From: an uncultured delta proteobacterium
GTDB taxonomy: Bacteria; Desulfobacterota; Desulfobacteria; Desulfobacterales; B30-G6
Length of the DNA stretch: 64,000 bases
Direction of reading: 5' to 3'
Assembly: GCA_963823335.1 (NCBI GenBank)
Contig: CAWGLD010000005.1
Span: 416,001 to 480,000, forward strand
Each line of letters begins with the position of its first letter. The first letter of the stretch is position 1. Of this stretch, positions 1 through 10,315 are shown piece by piece. The position numbers were made by a program, and so were the translations under genes. The notes under the pieces were generated by a model. That model saw only the letters and a list, made by a program, of their open reading frames with translations, was not told the origin of the DNA and searched no databases.

Positions 1-497
1 TCTTTTTCCTCTTTCTCTTTTCTTTCCTGTTCCTTTCTGATGGCTTCGGCCTTTTCTTTTTCCTCTCTTTCCTTTTTATCCTGCTGCTGCTTGAAGGCCT
101 CGTCTTTTTTCCGTTCTTCTTTTTCTGCTTCTTTTTGAAGGGTCAGCGCTTTTTTTAATTCCTCGGCTTCTCTTTTTTCCTGTTCTATTTTTAATGCTTC
201 GGCTTCTTTTCTTTCCTGTTCCTCTTTTTGGAGTCTTTCCTGGAATTCATAATATTTCGAAAAAATAATGCCGCATTTAATACATTCAGCCGCTGACGGC
301 GGCACATCATGACCGCATTTTGGACAAGCGGAAAGATTCGGGGATACTGCCTTCTGAACGGCGATAGGTGGGGTCACGCCGCTTTTTAATGATTTTTTCA
401 AGACCAGGGAAAGGGTCACGCCGCATTTGTCACATTCTATTGCTGACGCGTCATTCTCATTTCCGCATTTCGGGCACTGAATTGAGTTGCCACCCAT
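1..497 (-). CDS. Double zinc-ribbon protein with long E/K/R/Q-rich coiled coil (partial; runs off window start; not in ORF track)
   Basis: Manual translation from ATG 497 with AGGAGG RBS: MGGNSIQCPKCGNENDASAIECDKCG...CPKCGHDVPPSAAECIKCGIIFSKYYEFQERLQKEEQERKEAEALK...; open to position 1. Confidence 0.85.
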   Translation of the reverse strand, partial: MGGNSIQCPKCGNENDASAIECDKCGVTLSLVLKKSLKSGVTPPIAVQKAVSPNLSACPKCGHDVPPSAAECIKCGIIFSKYYEFQERLQKEEQERKEAEALKIEQEKREAEELKKALTLQKEAEKEERKKDEAFKQQQDKKEREEKEKAEAIRKEQERKEKEEK

Positions 498-637
498 TCG
501 ACTTCCTCCTTTTAAAGCGTAGGAAATATCATCTGAAAAGAAAGATTTTGAAACAATATACTTATCACCAACCATCCCGCAGGTCAAGACCTTGAACGCT
601 GTCCATTGCACCCGATGATTGATCGAAAAGCCTTTCA

Positions 638-666
638 TTGACAAGGGGTTAGGGCTCTGGTATTTT
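638..666 (+). promoter_or_regulatory. Putative sigma70 promoter for the EHD-like ATPase/MFS genes
   Basis: TTGACA-17 nt-TATTTT. Confidence 0.45.
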
Positions 667-806
667 TAAATACTATTAGATTGGTTTTCTTTTGGGAAAG
701 TCCCATGCCCTTGTCACGGTATTGTGCTAAAAAGAATAACCATTGATGACGATGACTTAACGAAGGCAAGAGATGCTTACTTCCCTGGGAAGCGTTGGAG
801 CAACGC

Positions 807-2264
807 ATGAATCGTGAAAGCTTTATCAATCGTCTAAGAACCGATTTGCTGGCCATGGTCGAGAATCATTTAACTCCCGTTGCTATGAAATACGGTTATA
901 GTGAAGCGCCTTTGGAGACAAATATCAAATGGAAACCCCTTGTGCTGGTTATCGGCAACTATTCATCCGGAAAATCAACCCTGATCAACGATTTTCTGGG
1001 AGGTGAAATTCAGGCTACCGGACAGGCACCTACGGATGATTCCTTTACGGTCATTACTTATGACCCTTCCACGTCGCCTGATGGACCTATCCGTGTAACC
1101 GAAGAACGGGATGGTAAATTTCTGCTGAACGACCCCGAATACCCGTTCGGGTCCATGAAAAAACACGGGCAGCGCTTTTTTTCACATTTTCGTCTAAAAA
1201 AAGTCAATGCCCCTTTTCTAAAAAATCTTTCCGTGATCGATACACCCGGCATGCTCGACAGTATTACAGAAAGAGACCGTGGTTATGATTATCAGAATGT
1301 CATCGGCGATTTGGCACAGATAGCGGATCTTGTTCTGGTGCTTTTCGATTCCCATAAAGCCGGCACGGTCCGTGAGGCCCATACCAGCTTGAGAGATACG
1401 CTGCCGACCCGAACATTTGAAGATCGCGTACTATTTGTACTGAATAGAATTGATGAATGCGTTTCCCTTGTGGATTTATTACAGGTATATGGAACTTTGT
1501 GCTGGAATTTATCCCAAATTACCGGTCGCAAGGATATTCCTTCGATCCATCTGACGTACTCACCTGCGGCAATGAAACAATCACCACATAGTTTCGAAAG
1601 GGATCTGGGTTTTTTAAAATATCTTGAAAATCAGCGTACAGAGTTGAAAAATGCCATTTTGATGGCACCACGTCACAGGCTTGACAATCTGGCAACCTTT
1701 GTTGAAACTCATGCAGAACGCGTGTCTCATTTGCTGGAGGCACTTCTGGCCTACCAGAAACGGTTTCAGAAATATAAGATTCGAAATCTCCTGATGGGCA
1801 TTTTATTCTCTGTATTCTGCGCTGCCTTGGCCCAAATCGGTTTGATGGCCATGCCGAGTTTTGCGTCTGTCGATCAGGGTATGGTGCTTGCCTCGAGCGG
1901 TCTCGTTTTTGTGGTGATATTTTTGGCATGGGTTTTTTATATCAAAAAATTGTTTTATCATCGATTTAGAAAGCGGCAGCTGAAGCAGTTGGATGGCTTG
2001 ACACCCCTTGAGAACCAGACGCGCAGGGACAGCTGGGATTCAATACATGGGCTGGTGTCCAGCTATATCAAAAAAACGGCTGGACAATTTTCCAAGCGTG
2101 ATCTGAAAAAGGAGTATGAATCGGTATGGATGGTATTTGAAAAAGGTGCCAAGAAAATCCGGGAGGCTTTGAATGAATTGGCAACCATTCATCATGATGA
2201 CGCCGCGGAGGTGGATAGATGGGTGGACAGGCAATCCACGTTATTGAAGGAAACCCGGGAATAA
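807..2264 (+). CDS. Dynamin-superfamily, EHD/sarcalumenin-like P-loop NTPase with two C-terminal TM helices
   Basis: GNYSSGKS, PTDDSF, DTPG, RGYDY, LFDSHK, NRID and VYGTLCWNL motifs; hydrophobic hairpin near aa 330-385; ATG 807 preferred over TTG 795. Confidence 0.8.
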   Translation: MNRESFINRLRTDLLAMVENHLTPVAMKYGYSEAPLETNIKWKPLVLVIGNYSSGKSTLINDFLGGEIQATGQAPTDDSFTVITYDPSTSPDGPIRVTEERDGKFLLNDPEYPFGSMKKHGQRFFSHFRLKKVNAPFLKNLSVIDTPGMLDSITERDRGYDYQNVIGDLAQIADLVLVLFDSHKAGTVREAHTSLRDTLPTRTFEDRVLFVLNRIDECVSLVDLLQVYGTLCWNLSQITGRKDIPSIHLTYSPAAMKQSPHSFERDLGFLKYLENQRTELKNAILMAPRHRLDNLATFVETHAERVSHLLEALLAYQKRFQKYKIRNLLMGILFSVFCAALAQIGLMAMPSFASVDQGMVLASSGLVFVVIFLAWVFYIKKLFYHRFRKRQLKQLDGLTPLENQTRRDSWDSIHGLVSSYIKKTAGQFSKRDLKKEYESVWMVFEKGAKKIREALNELATIHHDDAAEVDRWVDRQSTLLKETRE

Positions 2265-2286
2265 AAAGCCTTAGGTAAATATCATA

Positions 2287-3501
2287 TTGAACTTTTCATC
2301 AGAAGCACCCCCATCCTTACAAACACAGAACATGGCGGGGCGCATCATAACCGCCATTTTTTGTCGACTGCTCTTAAACACGGCAAGACGGTTTGCTTAT
2401 CCGTTTGCCCCGGTTTTGAGCCGGGGTTTAGGGGTTCCCCTTACAGCCATTACCTCTCTCATCGCGGTCAATCAAGCTACAGCCATTCTGGGAATCGGCT
2501 TTGGCCCGCTTTCCGATCGTTTTGGTTACCGTCGGATGATGCTCATTGGTATGGGCATGCTATCACTGGGTATGTTGGCTGCAGGTTTTTTCCCATTCTA
2601 TTATTCAGTCATGATCGCCTTGTTTCTGGCGGGTTTGGGCAAGAGTGTATTTGATCCCGCCATCCAAGCATATGTGAGCCGGCAGGTTCCCTATCATAAG
2701 CGGGGGATGGTTATCGGATTATTGGAAACGAGCTGGGCCGGCAGCACACTGATCGGCATTCCCTGTATGGCCATCCTCATGAATCGACTTGACTGGCGTG
2801 CTCCTTTTTATGTGCTGGGCGGTCTTGGTCTGGTGGGTCTATTTGCCCTGGTCTCCTTATTCCCCAATGACAAACGGGCCAAAAGCCCTGTTTTAAAAAA
2901 AGAGACCTTATGGAGCGCATGGCCGTACTTGATCGTGGACAGGTCGGCTTTAGGGGCATTGGGTTATGCGTTCTTTATCAGCGTTGCCAATGATAACCTG
3001 TTTGTTGTTTATGGGGCCTGGCTGGAACAATCCTTTCATGTCAGTGTCGTTGTGCTCGGTATTGGAACCGGCGTTATTGGTTTGGCAGAATTGTGTGGGG
3101 AAGGGCTTACGATTTTGATTTCCGACCGGATCGGCCTGCGCCGGTCCATTTTTTCCGGTCTGGTGTTGACCATTGTCAATTATGCTTTGATTCCCTTGTA
3201 TGAGGTGGGTCTGTCGTTTTCTCTGGTGGGGATTTTTATGGTTTTTCTAAGCTTTGAATTTATGATTGTGACCAGTATGTCTCTGTGTACTGAAATTCTT
3301 CCGGCTCACCGTGCCACCATGATGGCAGCCTTTTTTGCAGCAGCAGGCGCAGGCAGGGTTATCGGTGCTCTAATCGGGGGGCATATATGGCTTTTCGGCG
3401 GTATATGGCTTACAGGCATGGTATCTGCCGGTATCACGCTGCTGGCTTTATTTTCGCTGATACTCGGATTGAAAGCCTGGCATCCTGTTTTGGATGCCTG
3501 A
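2287..3501 (+). CDS. MFS transporter
   Basis: About 12 hydrophobic segments; motif A GPLSDRFGYRR, repeated as SDRIGLRR. Confidence 0.9.
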   Translation: MNFSSEAPPSLQTQNMAGRIITAIFCRLLLNTARRFAYPFAPVLSRGLGVPLTAITSLIAVNQATAILGIGFGPLSDRFGYRRMMLIGMGMLSLGMLAAGFFPFYYSVMIALFLAGLGKSVFDPAIQAYVSRQVPYHKRGMVIGLLETSWAGSTLIGIPCMAILMNRLDWRAPFYVLGGLGLVGLFALVSLFPNDKRAKSPVLKKETLWSAWPYLIVDRSALGALGYAFFISVANDNLFVVYGAWLEQSFHVSVVVLGIGTGVIGLAELCGEGLTILISDRIGLRRSIFSGLVLTIVNYALIPLYEVGLSFSLVGIFMVFLSFEFMIVTSMSLCTEILPAHRATMMAAFFAAAGAGRVIGALIGGHIWLFGGIWLTGMVSAGITLLALFSLILGLKAWHPVLDA

Positions 3502-3505
3502 TGAC

Positions 3506-3862
3506 TCAGACCAGGCCCTCCCCCCTTAAGCGGGTCATGGCTGATTGTCCGATGCTTGTCACGTGACTCAAGGCTTTCGAGAGATGATATGGGGCGTCAT
3601 GGATTACTTTTGAATTCAGCATAACGACGGCGTTGTTGATGTGCCTGAGGGCCGTTTCCCAGTGTTCATTCGGTGCAAGTTTCATCCCCAGGTGGATTTC
3701 ATTGGTAACCATGCCCACCAGTGCCGCAATAATCTGCTCGGCCCCCGGTTTGTTCTGCTCCGTTAACCCAACAACTATTTCGATGGCCTGAGACGTCCAT
3801 ATAAGACCCGCTTTGATTTTTTCACTTTGTGAGAATGCCAATATCGCCGATTGTGTATCCAT
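3506..3862 (-). CDS. Hypothetical helical protein (118 aa)
   Basis: AAGGA RBS; fills the gap between flanking genes; natural-looking amphipathic sequence. Confidence 0.7.
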   Translation of the reverse strand: MDTQSAILAFSQSEKIKAGLIWTSQAIEIVVGLTEQNKPGAEQIIAALVGMVTNEIHLGMKLAPNEHWETALRHINNAVVMLNSKVIHDAPYHLSKALSHVTSIGQSAMTRLRGEGLV

Positions 3863-3926
3863 TTTTTATTGTCCTTTGTTTATTTTGACAGTTTTCAGCC
3901 AATAGGGTAATATAAACAGACTTGAA

Positions 3927-4505
3927 TTGAAAGCAATTAGGCATATCTTTATGAAAACGGTTGTAAATTCGATTTTTGATATGGGTAGCCGGCAGCATTT
4001 TCGAACAGGCTGTGCTGGAGGCGCTCGGCAGTTCAAGGGGTGGTTGGGTCTGTTTTTTGTTGTTGTCGCGGCAATCATTCTGGTGTCGGGTTGCGGTGTC
4101 CTGAAACCGATCGAAAACGCATCTGTCGAGGGTGGCCTTTCACAAGCAGGCACGGTGGGTGCAGGTGTTTATCATGATTTTGATGATATTCTCATTCCCA
4201 AAACCATGCAGGTAAACCGCAAGATGACATCCGTATTTGAAACCTCCACCATTTCGGCCGGGGTTCTTTCAGTGGGTGGGATGCTTAAAATTGATGAATT
4301 AATTGAATTTTTCAAGACGAACATGACAAAAGACAACTGGACGCTCATCAGTATGTTCAAAGGACCACGATCGATACTTCAATTTGAGAAAGGAAACCGC
4401 TGGTGTATAATGACCTTGATGGACAGGCGATACGGCTACAAGACACAGGTTGAAATATGGGTCACACCGAAAAATGAAGCCCAGTCGTCTGGCTTATTGA
4501 AGTGA
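3927..4505 (+). CDS. Putative lipoprotein (start uncertain, possibly 3981)
   Basis: Hydrophobic stretch ending in lipobox LVSG-C. Confidence 0.7.
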   Translation: MKAIRHIFMKTVVNSIFDMGSRQHFRTGCAGGARQFKGWLGLFFVVVAAIILVSGCGVLKPIENASVEGGLSQAGTVGAGVYHDFDDILIPKTMQVNRKMTSVFETSTISAGVLSVGGMLKIDELIEFFKTNMTKDNWTLISMFKGPRSILQFEKGNRWCIMTLMDRRYGYKTQVEIWVTPKNEAQSSGLLK

Positions 4506-4611
4506 TATTTACTCGAGGCCCTAAACTAATTTAATACGTATGGTCCGGCCGCTGGATAATCCCTGTTCGACTGTGAAAAACTCGTTCTAAAGTGGCTGTA
4601 ATGCCGAAAAT

Positions 4612-4653
4612 AGCGACAACGTCGCGATGAATAAATTTGTGCAACAAATTTAT
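4612..4653 (+). repeat. REP-like double-hairpin repeat (family R1)
   Basis: AGCGAC-AAC-GTCGCG + spacer + ATAAATTTG-N5-CAAATTTAT; about 12 related copies in the window. Confidence 0.85.
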
Positions 4654-4666
4654 TTGGGGATACGAG

Positions 4667-5872
4667 ATGACAATCACACTGCAGAAAAAAAATATCGTAT
4701 TGGGTATAAGCGGCGGTATTGCGGCTTACAAAAGTGTCGAGTTGCTTCGCTTGTTGACGAAACATGGAGCAGATGTCCGCGTACTCATGACCAGAAATGC
4801 ATGTCGATTCGTTGGCCCGTTGACATTTGAAGCACTTTCTGGAAAGGCGGTTTGTACGAATCTTTTCGAAGAGGGACACAATGCGAACATCGGGCATATA
4901 GCATGGGCAAAAGATGCCGGTGCCGTGATTATTGCCCCTGCCACTGCCAATATTATCGGTAAAATGGCCGGCGGTATTGCCGATGATGCTTTGACGACAT
5001 TTCTGATGGTGGCAACGGCACCTATTTTGATCTGTCCATCCATGAACACGGACATGTATCAGAGCCCGGCGGTTCAACGCAACCTGTCCATGCTTGAAAA
5101 AGACGGTCATACTGTCCTCAGACCCGATTCCGGTGAACTTGCCTGTGGTGTTACCGGGCCCGGAAGACTGCCTGATCCTGAAGAGATTGTGGGGCGTTTG
5201 GCCAAAGTCATGAGCCCTCAAGACCTGTCCGGCAAGCGGATTCTGGTGACGGCGGGCCCCACACAGGAACCCATGGATCCGGTTCGTTTCCTGAGCAATC
5301 CTTCCTCCGGGAAAATGGGATTTGCAATTGCCAGGGCAGCTGAACAGAGAGGTGCGCAGGTGACGCTGATATCCGGTCCTTCCAATCTTCAAGATCCCTA
5401 TGATGTGAAGGTGATTCGTATCCAAACAGCAGCTCAAATGGCTGCCGCTGTTTTTGAACATTTCGAGCATGTGGATATCATTATAAAGTCCGCTGCGGTG
5501 AGTGACTACCGACCCAGGGATATCAGCGCCGAAAAGATGAAAAAGGGAAAGAATGAGATGGTGCTGAATCTTGTCAGAAACCAGGATATCTTAGCAGAGA
5601 TCGGCCAGCAAAAAGGCGACCGTTTCCTGGTGGGGTTTGCGGCCGAGACCGAAGCGCTTGATCAGAATGCAACCAAAAAGCTGAGCAAAAAAAATCTCGA
5701 CATGATTGTGGGCAATATTGTCAAGGGCCAGGACTCCGCTTTTGGATCGGACACCAACAGGGCATCGCTGTATTACCGTGACGGCACACATGAAACCCTG
5801 CCCATGATGGACAAGGAAAGTCTTGCACACAGCCTGCTCGATCGAATTGTTGAAAGACGGAATAAGCTTTAA
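4667..5872 (+). CDS. coaBC: Phosphopantothenoylcysteine decarboxylase/synthetase
   Basis: [51 protein letters not shown]. Confidence 0.97.
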   Translation: MTITLQKKNIVLGISGGIAAYKSVELLRLLTKHGADVRVLMTRNACRFVGPLTFEALSGKAVCTNLFEEGHNANIGHIAWAKDAGAVIIAPATANIIGKMAGGIADDALTTFLMVATAPILICPSMNTDMYQSPAVQRNLSMLEKDGHTVLRPDSGELACGVTGPGRLPDPEEIVGRLAKVMSPQDLSGKRILVTAGPTQEPMDPVRFLSNPSSGKMGFAIARAAEQRGAQVTLISGPSNLQDPYDVKVIRIQTAAQMAAAVFEHFEHVDIIIKSAAVSDYRPRDISAEKMKKGKNEMVLNLVRNQDILAEIGQQKGDRFLVGFAAETEALDQNATKKLSKKNLDMIVGNIVKGQDSAFGSDTNRASLYYRDGTHETLPMMDKESLAHSLLDRIVERRNKL

Positions 5873-5908
5873 GCTGTAAGCGATAAGCTGCTTAAGGCTT
5901 ACAGCTTA
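5865..5908. repeat. Inverted heptamer (AAGCTNT-type) repeat at coaBC stop
   Basis: aagctttaagctgtaag...cttaaggcttacagctta; close relative at 31511-31550. Confidence 0.65.
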
Positions 5909-5923
5909 TACCCGGAGAGCCAA

Positions 5924-6649
5924 ATGATTGCAAAAACCACACGTTTAAAAAGAGAGATGAAAAACAAGGCCCTGGCTTCCGTACTCGACGACATCGGCAA
6001 CACACTTCAGTTTATGGCCGATGCGGGATGTCGGGGATTTGAATGCGATGCCTCCCATCATGATATGGTACGCAACTGGGGTGGTCATGGTTTGGCCCGT
6101 CCGGAGTCACTGAGCGATATTGAAGGTGAGTTGAAAGACTGTCGGCGCTGCGGGCTTTCGAGCAAGCGGACACAGATTGTGTTTGGTGACGGGTGTGAGC
6201 AGGCCAGACTCGTATTTGTGGGAGAAGGACCCGGGTATGAAGAGGACAAACAGGGCAAACCCTTTGTGGGGGCGGCAGGCAAGCTTTTAAACCGGATCCT
6301 GGAAGCGATGCATCTTTCCCGGGAAGATGTCTATATCTGCAATATTGTAAAATGTCGTCCGCCAAACAACCGAAATCCCAAGCCGGATGAGATATCCACA
6401 TGTGTGCCGTTTCTGGAACGCCAGATAAAGTCCATTCAACCCGAATGTGTCTGTGCCCTTGGAAAGTTTGCAGCGCAGACCCTTCTCCAGACCGAAGAAC
6501 CGATATCCAGACTCAGGGGGCGGTTTCAAGCGTATCAAGGGATCCCTCTTATGCCGACCTATCATCCTGCCTATCTATTGCGGAATCCGGGAAGCAAGCG
6601 TGATGTCTGGAATGACATGCAGCAGATCATGCAGCGCTTAAGTCTCTAA
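5924..6649 (+). CDS. Uracil-DNA glycosylase, family 4 (Fe-S)
   Basis: CRRC, VGEGPG, PFVG, KCRPP-NR-P, TYHPAYLLR. Confidence 0.95.
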   Translation: MIAKTTRLKREMKNKALASVLDDIGNTLQFMADAGCRGFECDASHHDMVRNWGGHGLARPESLSDIEGELKDCRRCGLSSKRTQIVFGDGCEQARLVFVGEGPGYEEDKQGKPFVGAAGKLLNRILEAMHLSREDVYICNIVKCRPPNNRNPKPDEISTCVPFLERQIKSIQPECVCALGKFAAQTLLQTEEPISRLRGRFQAYQGIPLMPTYHPAYLLRNPGSKRDVWNDMQQIMQRLSL

Positions 6650-6685
6650 AATGATCTTTTTCTTTTCCGGTTTATCCGGGTTGGG
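6650..6685 (+). repeat. Tail fragment of CACGAAA-family repeat (R2)
   Basis: gatctttttcttttCCGGTTTATCCGGGTTGGG, near-identical to 10526-10558. Confidence 0.65.
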
Positions 6686-6697
6686 AAGGAGTGTCTC

Positions 6698-7975
6698 ATG
6701 AAAATATCGCACTGTATTCGCCTTTCCCTGATACTGGTATTGTTGTCCGCCGGCATTTCATCCGCCGGTAGCGGCGAAATTATTATCATACCGGTTTCGG
6801 ACGCCATTGGGCCTGGCGTCGCTGATTTTGTAACACGCGGTATTGCCCGCGCGGACGACCAGAACGCAGCCTGTGTCGTCATCGAACTCGATACACCCGG
6901 CGGTCTGGCAGATGCCATGCGCGAAATTGTAATGGCCACATATGCTGCAAAAACACCTGTAGTTGTCTTTGTATCGCCAAGCGGTGCCAGAGCGGCTTCA
7001 GCGGGGGTCATGATAACCATGGCGGCCGACATTGCGGCCATGGCACCTGGTACCAATATTGGGGCGGCGCACCCGGTGGCAAGCGGCGGCAAGGAGATCG
7101 GGGGCATCATGTCGGAAAAGGTCACAAACGATATGGTGGCGTATGTGAAAAGTATCGCGGAAAAAAGGGGCCGCAATGTGGAATGGGCGGAAAAGGCTGT
7201 TCGCGAGAGTGTGTCGGTAACCGAAAACGAGGCTCTTGAAAACAATATCATCGATATCGTCGCAAAAGACATGGACGATCTTGTTCGACAGCTCGACGGT
7301 TACAGTGTAGAGGGTAAGGGAGATTTGCAACTGTCGGGTGCCATGCGAAACCGGCTCAAGGAGAGTATTCGCACAAAAATACTAAAAACCATCAGTGACC
7401 CAAACATCGCCTATATTCTGATGATGATCGGACTGGCCGGGCTCTATTTTGAACTCTCGCATCCAGGTGCGATTTTCCCCGGCGTGGTGGGGGGCATTGC
7501 CCTCATCCTGGCCTTTTTTTCCTTCCAGACACTTCCGGTGAACACAGCCGGTATCTTGTTGATTTTTCTTTCCATTATATTCTTTATATTGGAAATAAAA
7601 GTCGTCAGCTATGGGCTCTTGAGCATTGCCGGTGTGGTGTGCCTGCTTTTGGGCTCCCTCATGATGTTTGAAGGGGAGGGACCCCAGTCACAGCTGTCAT
7701 GGCATGTATTGATTCCGACCCTGCTTATTGTCTCTGCCTTTTTTGTCACCTTGGCAAGTCTGGCTTTCAAGGCACAGGTGTCGCCCCCACGAACCGGGGG
7801 AGATGGCCTGGTTAGAGAAATAGGTATTGTCAAAAAGCGTATCGACCCGCAGGGAAAGGTCCTGATTCATGGTGAGCTTTGGTATGCACGGGCCAAAGAA
7901 CCGATCGAAGAAGATGAACAGGTTCGTGTGGTGGCTGTTGAAGACCTGGTACTGAATGTCGAACGCATTAAATAG
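6698..7975 (+). CDS. nfeD: NfeD-family membrane serine protease (ClpP class)
   Basis: LDTPGG, AASAG and IGAAHP motifs; TM region; C-terminal OB fold with GELWYA; adjacent to an SPFH gene. Confidence 0.93.
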   Translation: MKISHCIRLSLILVLLSAGISSAGSGEIIIIPVSDAIGPGVADFVTRGIARADDQNAACVVIELDTPGGLADAMREIVMATYAAKTPVVVFVSPSGARAASAGVMITMAADIAAMAPGTNIGAAHPVASGGKEIGGIMSEKVTNDMVAYVKSIAEKRGRNVEWAEKAVRESVSVTENEALENNIIDIVAKDMDDLVRQLDGYSVEGKGDLQLSGAMRNRLKESIRTKILKTISDPNIAYILMMIGLAGLYFELSHPGAIFPGVVGGIALILAFFSFQTLPVNTAGILLIFLSIIFFILEIKVVSYGLLSIAGVVCLLLGSLMMFEGEGPQSQLSWHVLIPTLLIVSAFFVTLASLAFKAQVSPPRTGGDGLVREIGIVKKRIDPQGKVLIHGELWYARAKEPIEEDEQVRVVAVEDLVLNVERIK

Positions 7976-8061
7976 AGGGTTCAAGGGTCTGAGGGTGATA
8001 CAAGGGTTCAAGGGTGGCTGATGGCTTATAGCAGATAGCAGCATCCCAGCTTCCAGGCATC
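7976..8061 (+). repeat. ~85-bp G-rich post-stop element (family R3), copy 1
   Basis: agggttcaagggtctgagggtgatacaagggttcaagggtggctgatggcttatagcagatagcagcatcccagcttccaggcat; related copies at 16019, 16123 and 35876 (reverse). Confidence 0.85.
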
Positions 8062-8144
8062 ATTGCTTCCCAGCATACAAGGGTCCAAGGATCCAGGGAC
8101 TGAAGTCAAGAAATAACCGTCCATACAACCAAAGGAGAATTATC

Positions 8145-8897
8145 ATGTTATCGATAACAACCATTGCCATCATCGTACTGGTCATCTTTTTTTTGTCGGC
8201 CTCCTTGAAGATTTTGAACGAGTATGAACGGGCCGTAATTTTCAGGTTGGGGCGTGTTATCACGGCCAAGGGTCCGGGCCTGATAATACTAATCCCGGTG
8301 ATCGATAAAATGGTGAGGGTCAGCCTGAGGCTCATCGTTATGGATGTCGATCCTCAGGACGTCATCACCCGAGATAATGTTTCCGTCAAAGTGAATGCCG
8401 TTATATATTTTCGGGTTATCGATTCAACCAAAGCCATCATAGAGGTAGAAGATTTTAGCTATGCCATGTCACAGCTTGCACAGACCACCATTCGAAGTGT
8501 TTGCGGGCAGGCTGAACTGGATGAGCTATTGGCGGAAAGAGACAAAATCAATGCAGAACTTCAAGAAATTCTCGACACCCATACAGATCCCTGGGGGATC
8601 AAGGTTGCGACGGTTGAGTTGAAGCATATTGATCTGCCCCAGGAGATGCAGCGCGCCATGGCCCGCCAGGCAGAAGCCGAGAGGGAGCGGCGGGCCAAGA
8701 TTATCAATGCCGAGGGCGAATTCCAAGCCGCGGCAAAACTGGCCGAAGCGAGTGAAATCATTTCCGAGCACCCGGTGGCGCTGCAGTTGCGATACCTGCA
8801 GACCGTGAATGAAATGTCGACCGAAAGCAATACCACCACCATTTTTCCCATTCCCATTGATTTGTTTAAGCCATTTCTCAAATTGATGGACAAATAA
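8145..8897 (+). CDS. SPFH-domain (stomatin/slipin) protein
   Basis: [52 protein letters not shown]. Confidence 0.95.
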   Translation: MLSITTIAIIVLVIFFLSASLKILNEYERAVIFRLGRVITAKGPGLIILIPVIDKMVRVSLRLIVMDVDPQDVITRDNVSVKVNAVIYFRVIDSTKAIIEVEDFSYAMSQLAQTTIRSVCGQAELDELLAERDKINAELQEILDTHTDPWGIKVATVELKHIDLPQEMQRAMARQAEAERERRAKIINAEGEFQAAAKLAEASEIISEHPVALQLRYLQTVNEMSTESNTTTIFPIPIDLFKPFLKLMDK

Positions 8898-8935
8898 ATT
8901 CGCTGCACGAATTTATAGAACGCGATTTCGTCACT
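8894..8935 (-). repeat. REP-like double hairpin R1 overlapping the stomatin stop codon
   Basis: Reverse complement AGTGACGAAATCGCG-ttct-ATAAATTCG-tgcag-CGAATTTAT. Confidence 0.8.
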
Positions 8936-9030
8936 CTATTTCTAACCTTCACTATTGACATCGACAGAAATTAACGATTAGTAGAGAAGGTTTTTGTGGA
9001 CAACAGCTTGTGAAAGGAGCGCGAAAGAAA

Positions 9031-9357
9031 ATGACCGAAGAAACGATGGAAAATTTGAAGAAACCCCTGAATAAAATGACCGTAAAGGAACTTCGCGAAG
9101 TTGCTCTGGAATTGCCACAGATCACCGGTGTGCATGGCATGAATAAGGCGGAGCTGCTGGCAGCCGTCAAAGAAGCCAAAGGTATCGAGGACACGCCTGT
9201 CAAAAAGGCATCTGCAACCGTAGGTGATCTTAAAAACCAGATAAAAAGTTTTAAAGAAAAGCGTGAATCAGCATTGAGGGAAAAGAATGCAAAAATGGCA
9301 GGCATTTACCGCCGCCGTATCTCACGACTGAAAAAGAAGTCGCGTCGCGTGGCCTAA
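9031..9357 (+). CDS. Rho termination factor N-terminal-domain-like small basic protein
   Basis: LNKMTVKELREVA...GVHGMNKAELL motif; K/R-rich tail; TTGACA upstream at 8955. Confidence 0.75.
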   Translation: MTEETMENLKKPLNKMTVKELREVALELPQITGVHGMNKAELLAAVKEAKGIEDTPVKKASATVGDLKNQIKSFKEKRESALREKNAKMAGIYRRRISRLKKKSRRVA

Positions 9358-9373
9358 AAAGTCGAATCCTACA

Positions 9374-10315
9374 ATGAAAGAGCTGATTCAATCGTTTATT
9401 GCTGTGCTTTCCACGGCCAAAGGATATTCGGAGAACACCTGCCGCTCCTACCGGAGTGATCTGTTTGAATTTGCGGATATCATCAAACATATCGGGCTTT
9501 CAGATACGACATCACGCAGAATGCCTCAATCCGAAACCCTGGCGCCTGACGCTGTTACGGGAATTGCTCTCCGCGGATATCTCGGGCATCTGCATCAACA
9601 CTGCAAGAAATCGACGATTGCTCGAAAATTGTCGGCGGTCCGATCGTTTTACCGTTATCTTGTCAAACACGAATATATCGATGTCAACCCTTCGGATGCG
9701 GTTCAGACACCCAAGCAGGATCAACCCATTCCAACATATCTGCCCATCGATGATATGTTCAGGCTCCTGGCTTCGGTCAAGACGGATACGCTGCTGGGCT
9801 TGCGCAATCGTGCCATGTTCGAAACGCTCTACTCCACTGGTATCCGGGTATCGGAATTGGCTGGACTCAATATCCAGGATATCGATTTTCATGAACACGT
9901 CATCCGGGTAAAGGGCAAGGGCGGACATGAACGAATGGTGCCCATCGGCAAGACCGCCCTTGTGTCCATCGAGACCTATCGAAAGGGGATTGAATGTAAA
10001 GACCGGGCCGGCCAATTTCAAGCGGAAACGATCTCGGGCGGCCCACTTTTTTTGAACAAATTCAATACCCGTCTTTCAGTGCGATCGATTGCACGCATAC
10101 TTGAAAAAGCTACCCGGGAGTGCGGGATCGCCATCCCTGTATCACCACATGCATTTCGTCACACGTTTGCAACACATATGTTGGATGCCGGTGCTGATCT
10201 GAGGGTCGTGCAGGAGTTGCTGGGTCATAAGAGCCTGTCTACGACGCAGAAGTATACCCATGTCAGCATCGACAGGTTGATGGAGGCGTATGACAAGGCG
10301 CATCCCAGAAAATGA
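9374..10315 (+). CDS. xerC: Tyrosine recombinase XerC
   Basis: RNRAMFETLYSTGIRVSEL, KGKG, HAFRH, LLGH-SLSTTQKYTH, AYDKAHPR; housekeeping context. Confidence 0.88.
   Translation: MKELIQSFIAVLSTAKGYSENTCRSYRSDLFEFADIIKHIGLSDTTSRRMPQSETLAPDAVTGIALRGYLGHLHQHCKKSTIARKLSAVRSFYRYLVKHEYIDVNPSDAVQTPKQDQPIPTYLPIDDMFRLLASVKTDTLLGLRNRAMFETLYSTGIRVSELAGLNIQDIDFHEHVIRVKGKGGHERMVPIGKTALVSIETYRKGIECKDRAGQFQAETISGGPLFLNKFNTRLSVRSIARILEKATRECGIAIPVSPHAFRHTFATHMLDAGADLRVVQELLGHKSLSTTQKYTHVSIDRLMEAYDKAHPRK

Noticed and set aside
4526-5470. Long antisense and overlapping ORFs in the track (e.g. 4526-5470, 6646-7272, 15244-15864, 63666-63989)
   Set aside because: They are shadows of well-supported genes on another strand or frame and have no motifs
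9374-10315. Tyrosine recombinase as a phage or island integrase
   Set aside because: Size, C-terminal AHPR motif and housekeeping context fit chromosomal XerC; no att sites or cargo seen
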